Origin: a bacterium
Lineage (GTDB): Bacteria; Patescibacteriota; Minisyncoccia; UBA6257; WO2-44-18
DNA: 64,000 nucleotides
NCBI GenBank assembly: GCA_023244815.1
Contig: JAHFLQ010000001.1
Coordinates: 31,037-95,036, forward strand
Reading direction: 5' to 3'
Shown here one piece after another: positions 57,125-64,000 of the stretch. Each line of letters opens with the position of its first letter. Position 1 is the stretch's first letter. The translations under genes and the position numbers were made by a program. Under the pieces are notes generated by a model. That model did no database searches, was not told where the DNA came from, and saw nothing but the letters and a program-made list of their open reading frames with translations.

Positions 57125-58414
57125 TTATCTTGCCCGTCTTTGCATCAAATCCGTGACCTTGCTGGCAGCTTCGGAGAGGGCGCGGTTGGCAGGCAGGCGG
57201 TTGGCGATCACATTCGCGATCATACCGGAGAAAATACTGTCCACAGCGGCATTATCCACTTCCGGCCAGGAGCGAGCCGTCAAGGCTTGGTTGGCGAAGA
57301 TGCCAAGGTCCGGTTGGGTGGCGGCATATTGGGAGATTAGGCTACGCAAAGCTGGCGGCCGTCCGGAAAGTTCAAGATATTTTTTCGAAGCGTCGGCGTT
57401 GGTAGTCATATATAAGATGAAATCCTGGGCGAGCGCCTGATTTTGGGTTTTGTTGGAAACGGCGAGTCCCCAGTAGTTAGCAAAGTTTACGTCCTGTTGG
57501 CGGCTCTCCGGCTGGAGCATTGGCGCCACGCGGAATTTCAGAAAAGGACTTTTCTCTTTCAAAAATCCAATTTGATGCGAGTAGTTAAACATTATCGCTG
57601 TCTCGCCGGCGGCGAAACTATCCAACGAATACGGGAGTGACTCATTCCAGGTGTAGAGAGGATCGCGGGAGTTTGCAAACGAAGTGTAGAAATTCAGCGC
57701 CCGCTCGCCCTGACTGGAATCAAACGTAGCGGCGGAGAAATCGCTGGCCACCATTTCCGTGCCTGACTGGAGCATTAAGAGATTCAAAATGTCGGTGGCG
57801 CGATTGATGCTTTTATTGGATCCGCCAAGCGCCGCCGCGGCCTTCGTGATGCGGCCGAATTTATCTACCTCGCGGATTTTTGGCACGATTTTGGCGAACT
57901 CCTCCCAGGTTTTCGGCGGAAGCGCGATCCCTTTGTTGTCGAAAATATCCTGATTGTAAAACATTGCCAGCGTGTCTATATAAAGCGGCAGAGCGTAGAC
58001 TGCGTTATCCGGCGCGAAATCTTGCTGGGCGACGGTCGGGAAAAGGTTTTTGAAACTGGCGAGCGACATCGCGTCCGCGCTGATCGGGAAAATTTTGTTG
58101 ACGTGTTTGGGCAGCCAGGTGTTGTGGAACATAAACATGTCCGGCGGGTTGGTGCCGGCGAGCGAATCTACCAGTTTTTGCTCGTAGGTATCGCTATCCA
58201 CTTCTGTGTAAGTTATTTCTATTTTGGCTTTCGGATGAAGCGCTTTATAACTATCGATCAGCGGCTGCATCGTCGCCGAGTCGTCAAAGACGCCCCAAAA
58301 ACTCAAATTCCCGGAAAGCTGAGTCCCCGATTTCTGCGTTCCAAAAATAAACAACGCCACAACGCCGGCAATTACCACCGCTGCCAATATCAAAATAATC
58401 AATCTATTGCTCAC
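57125..58414 (-). CDS. extracellular solute-binding protein (carbohydrate family 1-like)
   Basis: N-terminal TM; PDMFMFH, YALPLYIDTLAMFYN.D.F, PKTWEEF, F..G..A.MF. Confidence 0.85.
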   Translation of the reverse strand: MSNRLIILILAAVVIAGVVALFIFGTQKSGTQLSGNLSFWGVFDDSATMQPLIDSYKALHPKAKIEITYTEVDSDTYEQKLVDSLAGTNPPDMFMFHNTWLPKHVNKIFPISADAMSLASFKNLFPTVAQQDFAPDNAVYALPLYIDTLAMFYNQDIFDNKGIALPPKTWEEFAKIVPKIREVDKFGRITKAAAALGGSNKSINRATDILNLLMLQSGTEMVASDFSAATFDSSQGERALNFYTSFANSRDPLYTWNESLPYSLDSFAAGETAIMFNYSHQIGFLKEKSPFLKFRVAPMLQPESRQQDVNFANYWGLAVSNKTQNQALAQDFILYMTTNADASKKYLELSGRPPALRSLISQYAATQPDLGIFANQALTARSWPEVDNAAVDSIFSGMIANVIANRLPANRALSEAASKVTDLMQRRAR

Positions 58415-58445
58415 AGATTTATTTTAGCACATTCGAGAGGGCGAA

Positions 58446-60929
58446 TTAGAGGCAGATTATTCCGGCAACTTTGTCGCCGGGGTTTAAGGTCATAATGCGG
58501 ACGCCCTGGGTGGCGCGGCTGGCGATTCTAACAGTGGCAATTTTAGTTCGGATCACTTGTCCTTTGGCGGAAAGGGCAAGCAACTCTTCTTCGGCGTCCA
58601 CGATATGTGCGGCGACGAGCTGGCCGGTTTTGGCGGTAATTTTCGCGGTCTTTACGCCGGAGCCGCCGCGTCCCTGCGTTTTATATTGCGTGATTGGCGT
58701 CTGCTTGCCATAGCCGTTGGCCATCACCACCAACAGGCGGGCGTTCTTCAAACCTTTGGGTACGAGATCCATCGAGCTGACCTGGTCGCCCCCCTTCAGG
58801 CGGATGGCGTGCACGCCGGCGGCCACGCGCCCCATGGTGCGGACGGCTTTCTCGCGGAAACGGATGGACTGGCCTTTGGCGGTCGTGACGATCACATCGT
58901 CATCTCCGGAGGAGAGGCGCACCCAGTTCAGCTGGTCGCCCTTCTTCAGGCCGATGGCGATGATGCCGGTGCGGCGGACGTTGCCGAATTCTTTGAGCGA
59001 AGTTTTCTTCACGAGGCCGTTTTTGGTCACCATCGTCAGGTTGCCGTCGCTCGCTTTTTCGTAGGTGATCATCGCGCTGATCTTTTCTTCCGTCGGGACT
59101 TCGAGGAAGTTGTGGATCGGTTTGCCCTTGGAGGTGCGGGTGCCGGCGGGAATTTCGTAAACTTTGGTCTGGAAGACGCGGCCGCGATCGGTGAAGAAGA
59201 GAACATTGTCGTGCGTGTTGGCCGCCATAAAGTTGATCAGGAAATCTTCTTCGTTGACGTCCGAGCCGATCAAACCTTTACCGCCGCGTCCCTGCGTTTT
59301 GAAAGAAGTCGGCGGGACGCGTTTGATGTAGCCGCCCTGCGAGAGGGTGATGATCGTCTCTTCCTGCGGAATCAGGTCTTCTTCTTTGAACTCGGAGAGT
59401 CCGCTTGCGACCACTTTCGTGCGCCGATCGCCCTTATATTTTTCTTTCAACTCGGAAATTTCGTTTTTGATAACCTGCAGGATTTTAGCCGGGCTCTTTA
59501 ACAAAAGTGTCAGCTCGGCGATGATTTTTTGTTTTTCTTTCAGTTCATTTTCTATCTTTTCACGCTCCAAGTTGGCGAGTGTCTGAAGTTTCATTTCCAA
59601 AATAGCGTCGGTCTGGCGTTCGGAGAACTTGAAATTCTTCATCAAATTCACTTTGGCGTCGTCGCGATCCCTGGACTTCTTAATGGTAGAGATCACCTTA
59701 TCTATAATAGAAAGCGCTTTGGAGAGACCCGTCAGGATATGCGCGCGTTCTTCGGCTTTCTTCAGATCAAACTGGGCGCGGCGGCGGACGACTTCATTTC
59801 GGTGCGCGAGAAACGCCGCCAGCACATCCTTGATGGACATTACTTCCGGCTGGAGGCCGCCGGCGAGCGCAAGCATGTTTAAGTTAAAATTCTTCTGGAG
59901 ATCGGTGTATTGGTAGAGCTGGTTCAGTACTTTCTGCGGCGTGGCGTTGGATTTCATTTCAATGATAATACTGATACCTTCCTTGCCCGATTCGTCACGC
60001 ACGTCGCGGATGCCTTCAATTTTTTTCTCGGTGACCAGTTCGGCAATTTTGATAATCAACTCGGATTTATTCACCTGATAGGGGATGGAGGAAATTTCAA
60101 TGTAGTAATCGTGCTTGCTTTCGCCCTTCCCTTCCTTGATCTCGGCGGTGCCGCGAGTGGTAATCGTGCCGTGGCCGGAAACATAGGCTTCGGTAATCGC
60201 TTTTTTGTCATAAATAACGCCGCCAGTCGGGAAATCCGGACCTTTCACGAATTCCATCAGATCGTGCGTCGTGGCTTTCGGATTATCCGCCAAATGCAAA
60301 ATCGCGTCGGAGACTTCGCCAAGATTATGCGGCGGGATGCTGGTGGCCATGCCGACGGCGATGCCCACCGCTCCGTTCAATAATAAATTAGGGAGTTTTG
60401 CGGGCAGGACTTTCGGTTCCTGGCGAGTGCCGTCATAGTTGGGATTCCAGTCCACCGTTTCTTTATCGATATCTTCGAGCATTTCCTCGGCGATACGCGA
60501 GAGGCGGGCTTCGGTGTAGCGGTAAGCGGCGGCAGAGTCGCCGTCGATCGAGCCGAAGTTTCCTTGTCCCTCCACCAGCGGATAGCGGAGCGAGAATTCC
60601 TGCGCCATGCGGACGAGGGCGTCGTAGACCGCCATATCTCCGTGCGGGTGGTATTTACCAAGCACATCGCCGATGACGGTGGCAGACTTCCGGAATTTGG
60701 CGCCGTGGGTCAGGCCGGCTTCCCACATTGTCCAGAGAATGCGGCGGTGCACCGGCTTCATACCGTCGCGCACATCCGGCAGGGCGCGGCTGACGATGAC
60801 CGACATCGCATAATCCAAATAAGACTCCTGGAGCTCGGTGGAAATTTCTCGGTTCTCAACATTCACCCGTGGCGCGGCGGCCTTCGGCTCCTCTTCCTTT
60901 TTACCTTTTGGTTCTTTTTTCTTTGCCAT
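58446..60929 (-). CDS. gyrA: DNA gyrase subunit A
   Basis: [37 protein letters not shown], GyrA-box-like QGRGGKG, beta-pinwheel repeats. Confidence 0.97.
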   Translation of the reverse strand: MAKKKEPKGKKEEEPKAAAPRVNVENREISTELQESYLDYAMSVIVSRALPDVRDGMKPVHRRILWTMWEAGLTHGAKFRKSATVIGDVLGKYHPHGDMAVYDALVRMAQEFSLRYPLVEGQGNFGSIDGDSAAAYRYTEARLSRIAEEMLEDIDKETVDWNPNYDGTRQEPKVLPAKLPNLLLNGAVGIAVGMATSIPPHNLGEVSDAILHLADNPKATTHDLMEFVKGPDFPTGGVIYDKKAITEAYVSGHGTITTRGTAEIKEGKGESKHDYYIEISSIPYQVNKSELIIKIAELVTEKKIEGIRDVRDESGKEGISIIIEMKSNATPQKVLNQLYQYTDLQKNFNLNMLALAGGLQPEVMSIKDVLAAFLAHRNEVVRRRAQFDLKKAEERAHILTGLSKALSIIDKVISTIKKSRDRDDAKVNLMKNFKFSERQTDAILEMKLQTLANLEREKIENELKEKQKIIAELTLLLKSPAKILQVIKNEISELKEKYKGDRRTKVVASGLSEFKEEDLIPQEETIITLSQGGYIKRVPPTSFKTQGRGGKGLIGSDVNEEDFLINFMAANTHDNVLFFTDRGRVFQTKVYEIPAGTRTSKGKPIHNFLEVPTEEKISAMITYEKASDGNLTMVTKNGLVKKTSLKEFGNVRRTGIIAIGLKKGDQLNWVRLSSGDDDVIVTTAKGQSIRFREKAVRTMGRVAAGVHAIRLKGGDQVSSMDLVPKGLKNARLLVVMANGYGKQTPITQYKTQGRGGSGVKTAKITAKTGQLVAAHIVDAEEELLALSAKGQVIRTKIATVRIASRATQGVRIMTLNPGDKVAGIICL

Positions 60930-61203
60930 TTACCCCGTTAGATAGTTATTTAATCGACTCTTGATGTATCGTTTGCCCCAAGCGGTTTTTAGATATTTCT
61001 CGCGATGTGTTGCGTCCTGCTGATTCGCGCACGCTTCGAAATAAACGAGCTTAACGGGCAAACGATTCTTCGTGGACACAACCATACCATTGTTATGCAA
61101 ATTCAGAAGTTGTTTAAGATCGTGCGTGTAGCCGGTATAAAACTGGCGATCTTTCTTACTTTGTAGAATATATGTGTAATGCATAGTATCTAACGGGGTG
61201 AAT
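60928..61203. mobile_element. CCCGTTAGA-family element, copy E, carrying a GIY-YIG gene
   Basis: ATTTACCCCGTTAGATA ... TATCTAACGGGGTGAAT (16/17 inverted repeat) bracketing the ORF. Confidence 0.78.
60930..61184 (-). CDS. stand-alone GIY-YIG nuclease family protein (84 aa)
   Basis: MHYTYILQS...FYTGYTHDL....HN.G...TK.R.P..LVYFE.......A..REKYLK; the last codons and stop lie inside the repeat. Confidence 0.88.
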   Translation of the reverse strand: MHYTYILQSKKDRQFYTGYTHDLKQLLNLHNNGMVVSTKNRLPVKLVYFEACANQQDATHREKYLKTAWGKRYIKSRLNNYLTG

Positions 61204-61560
61204 CTAGTGAAGTTTCGTCGGTGAAATTGGTGCCAGTCCTTCCAGCACGAAATTCTGCTCTGAGTTTTCAATAACGATGTTATTTTGAGTGGAAATTTTC
61301 GCGTTAATTAACGCCGCCACCTTATCATAAATGATTTTCGCTCCAGCGCTGAAGATCGCGAAAAATCCTGTAGTATTATTTTCGGCATTTTCCACCGCCA
61401 CGACGTCTGAAGGGGGAGTAACCGTCGCTACAGTCAGCTTCATATATGTAAGCCAGAGCGCGACTACAACGACCATCGAGAGCCCGCTCAAAACTACCAG
61501 CCAGACTTTTTTGGCGGACTCGTCGGAGTTTTGGATTTTGAGGACGAAGTTTTTTACCAT
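61204..61560 (-). CDS. hypothetical single-TM protein
   Basis: IQNSDESAKKVWLVVLSGLSMVVVVALW pattern. Confidence 0.65.
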   Translation of the reverse strand: MVKNFVLKIQNSDESAKKVWLVVLSGLSMVVVVALWLTYMKLTVATVTPPSDVVAVENAENNTTGFFAIFSAGAKIIYDKVAALINAKISTQNNIVIENSEQNFVLEGLAPISPTKLH

Positions 61561-61599
61561 TTTTAACATTTGGGCTCGGCAGACTTTATGAATTTTTGG

Positions 61600-62130
61600 T
61601 TAGGGCTTTAACACGACGACTTTCGTGCCCGGCACCAGCTCTTTTTTCTTGACCACCAATTTTTCTTCCGGCTCCGCCTTCTTCTCCACTTCTTCCAAAA
61701 ATGCTTTCAGCTCCGCCGGCTTCATGTATGAAGGGATGACGATTTTCGGCTGGATCTGCTTGATCACTTTCGCGCTCACGCCCGCCGGGACGAAAAGAAT
61801 ATCCACTTCGCCGAGTTTATCCAAAAGCCCCGGCTCCATTTCTTTCATCGGCTCGCCCATAAAAACCAGCCGCATCTCTTCCGTCTTTACCAGGTAGGTG
61901 GCGCTAGCATCTTTATTTCCCCAGCCGGCAATTTCCACTTCCAGCATTTCGTATTCGCCCGGTCCGTAAATATGCCCCGCTTCCGGCGGCCACATTTCTT
62001 TCGCGTCTTTGGAGCGCGCCTCGGTATGCAAAGTAACATCGCCCTTGAAACGCGGCAGGGGATCAGCGGCAATACTCACCTTACCGCTCTGAACCTTAAA
62101 ACACCGCTCCCCGCAGTAGTTGATTACCAT
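61600..62130 (-). CDS. MBL-fold protein (Lactamase_B_3-like), apparently lacking metal ligands
   Basis: I.Y.G..CFKVQ, GPGEYE, GEVDILFVP, IQPKIVIP; no HxHxDH motif. Confidence 0.72.
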   Translation of the reverse strand: MVINYCGERCFKVQSGKVSIAADPLPRFKGDVTLHTEARSKDAKEMWPPEAGHIYGPGEYEMLEVEIAGWGNKDASATYLVKTEEMRLVFMGEPMKEMEPGLLDKLGEVDILFVPAGVSAKVIKQIQPKIVIPSYMKPAELKAFLEEVEKKAEPEEKLVVKKKELVPGTKVVVLKP

Positions 62131-62197
62131 ACAGGTATTAGTGTAGCGCTATTTTGACTAATTTTCAACGTCTTGCTACTATTAATGCCAATATTCT

Positions 62198-63289
62198 ATG
62201 ACCAGTGGAACGAACAGGGTTAATTCACAGCTCGGGAATCTTTTGAAGACCGGGGCCAATCTGGTTACGATTTTAAAACAAGGGGATTTAGTGGAGGCCA
62301 AATTATTGAAAAGAGCGCCGCGCGCGGTTTATTTTGATCTTGGCAATTTTGGCACCGGCATTGTTTACGGCTATGAGTTGATGAACGGACAGGACGCCAT
62401 CAAGAATCTGGAAGTCGGTGGCGCGACTACCGCGAAAGTAGTGGATCCGGAAAACGCCGAAGGTTATGTGGAGCTCTCGCTTCGCGAAGTCGGCAAGCAA
62501 AAAGCCTGGCAGGAGGTCAAAGAATTGAAAGAAAAAGGCGAAGTGGTCAGCGTGAAAATCACCGGCGCGAACAGCGGCGGCCTGATGACCGACATCAACC
62601 AGCTGAAGGCTTTCCTGCCGGTGTCCCAGCTTTCCACTGATCACTTTCCGAAAGTGGAAGATGGCAACAAGGATAAAATTTCTGAAGAGTTGAAAAAGTT
62701 GATCGGCGCAGAGCTTAAAGTGAAAATCATTGACGTTAATCCCCGCAATTACAAATTAATTTTGTCCGAGCGGGAGAGTGTCAGCGAGAACGTCAAAGAG
62801 CTTTTGAATAAATATAAAGTTGGCGACCTGGTAGACGGCACGATTTCCGGCGTGGCCGATTTCGGCGCCTTCTTCCAGTTTGCCGACAACCCGGCGATCG
62901 AAGGCTTAATCCATATTTCCGAATTGAGCCATCGTCTGATTGAAAATCCGAAAGACGTGGTGAAAATTGGCGACGCGGTGAAGGCGAAAATCGTGGAAAT
63001 CAAAGACGGCCGCGTGTCGCTTTCTATTAAAGTCCTCCAGCCGAATCCGTGGGACAAGGTGGAAGAGCGCTACAAGGCGGGCGAGACTTACAAAGGCACG
63101 GTGATTCGCTTTAATCCGTTCGGCGCCTTCATCGGTTTGGATTCGGAAATTCAGGGCCTCATTCACGTTTCCGAATTCGGCGGCATTGATGAAATGAAAA
63201 AGAAAATCGAGCAGGGCAAGTCCTATGATTTCGTCATTGATTCAATTAAGCCGGCGGAAAAGCGCATCATTCTCAAACTGAAAAAATAA
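62198..63289 (+). CDS. rpsA: 30S ribosomal protein S1
   Basis: Four S1 repeats (AFLPVSQL, DFGAF...EGLIHISEL, PFGAFI...GLIHVSE). Confidence 0.9.
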   Translation: MTSGTNRVNSQLGNLLKTGANLVTILKQGDLVEAKLLKRAPRAVYFDLGNFGTGIVYGYELMNGQDAIKNLEVGGATTAKVVDPENAEGYVELSLREVGKQKAWQEVKELKEKGEVVSVKITGANSGGLMTDINQLKAFLPVSQLSTDHFPKVEDGNKDKISEELKKLIGAELKVKIIDVNPRNYKLILSERESVSENVKELLNKYKVGDLVDGTISGVADFGAFFQFADNPAIEGLIHISELSHRLIENPKDVVKIGDAVKAKIVEIKDGRVSLSIKVLQPNPWDKVEERYKAGETYKGTVIRFNPFGAFIGLDSEIQGLIHVSEFGGIDEMKKKIEQGKSYDFVIDSIKPAEKRIILKLKK

Positions 63290-63304
63290 TGTTAAAATAG
63301 AAAA

Positions 63305-63574
63305 ATGTTAACTTCTCGTAAAAAGAAATCAGTCATCAAAGAGCACGGCGAACACGAAACCGATACCGGTTCGGCCGCGGTGCAGATCGGTTTGCTTTCC
63401 AAGTCGATTGAGGAGCTGACCAGCCACCTCAAAAAACACCCGAAGGACAATCATTCCCGACGCGGACTGTTGCAGATGGTCGGCAAGCGCCGCCGCCTGC
63501 TGGTCTATTTGGAAAAGCACGACAACAAAGGCTATAACACGGTGGTGAAGAAGTTGGGACTCAAGAGCCGGTAA
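63305..63574 (+). CDS. rpsO: 30S ribosomal protein S15
   Basis: DTGSAAVQI, HPKDNHSRRGLLQMVGKRRRLL. Confidence 0.96.
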   Translation: MLTSRKKKSVIKEHGEHETDTGSAAVQIGLLSKSIEELTSHLKKHPKDNHSRRGLLQMVGKRRRLLVYLEKHDNKGYNTVVKKLGLKSR

Positions 63575-63587
63575 TTATTTATTTTAA

Positions 63588-64000
63588 ATGAAAAATAAGG
63601 AACAGCGTGTAGGGATTTTCATAGACGTACAAAATCTCTATCATTCAGCGAAAAATTTATATAAAGCCCGGGTCAATTTTAAAGAACTGGTAAAGTCTTT
63701 GACGGGCGGGCGGAAGCTGATCCGCGCCATTGCTTATGTGGTGAAGGCCGAAGGCGTTGCTACCGAAGGGGAGCCCGCGAGCCACGGTCCCGCCACAGGC
63801 GAAGCGGCTTTTTTTGACGCGCTGAAAAATGCGGGTATTGAGCTCCGGATGAAAGACATTCAGATTTATCCCGGCGGGGCGAAAAAGGCGGATTGGGACG
63901 TCGGCATGGCGGTGGATGCCATTCGGATGTCGAGTTTTCTTGACGTAGTGGTATTGGTAACCGGCGACGGCGATTTTTTGCCGCTAGTGGATTATTTAAA
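63588..64000 (+). CDS. NYN domain (LabA/DUF88) protein, truncated by the window end
   Basis: Read by hand: MKNKEQRVGIFIDVQNLYHSAK...KADWDVGMAVDAI...LVTGDGDF. Confidence 0.88.
   Translation, partial: MKNKEQRVGIFIDVQNLYHSAKNLYKARVNFKELVKSLTGGRKLIRAIAYVVKAEGVATEGEPASHGPATGEAAFFDALKNAGIELRMKDIQIYPGGAKKADWDVGMAVDAIRMSSFLDVVVLVTGDGDFLPLVDYL

Overview
A 64 kb chromosomal segment from a small-genome bacterium, most likely Patescibacteria/CPR (Parcubacteria-like, code 11). The assignment rests on the N-terminally truncated IF2, short ValRS and Rel, alpha2-type GlyRS, tandem TrbC/VirB2-like pilins, DUF4012, and tRNAs without encoded CCA. The backbone is housekeeping genes (clpP, tyrS, ftsH, recG, tsaD, valS, recO, glyS, metG, tatD, leuS, glmS, htrA, rplS, parB, rel, topA, dprA, rbfA, infB, a Xer-type recombinase, gpmI, gyrA, rpsA, rpsO) plus ten tRNAs, interleaved with single-gene accessory cassettes. 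Four signals stand out. (1) A dispersed inverted-repeat family, A(C/T)CCCGTTAGA...TCTAACGGG(G/A)T, has six copies. Five are non-coding (34 to about 120 bp) and one brackets a stand-alone GIY-YIG nuclease gene wedged between a stop codon and the gyrA ATG. All lie at or just upstream of start codons, some with the start codon duplicated, suggesting a candidate GIY-YIG-associated, start-codon-targeting mobile element system. (2) Structured elements built from direct and inverted copies of the neighbouring tRNA T-arm/3' end follow tRNA-Gly, -Val, -Ile and -Leu, and tRNA-Ile(GAU) is nested between covarying outer tRNA halves. (3) There is a tRNA-Ile with a UAU anticodon. (4) There are two tandem SPFH + membrane-anchored beta-domain modules. 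All family assignments come from motif recognition by eye; no database searches were run.
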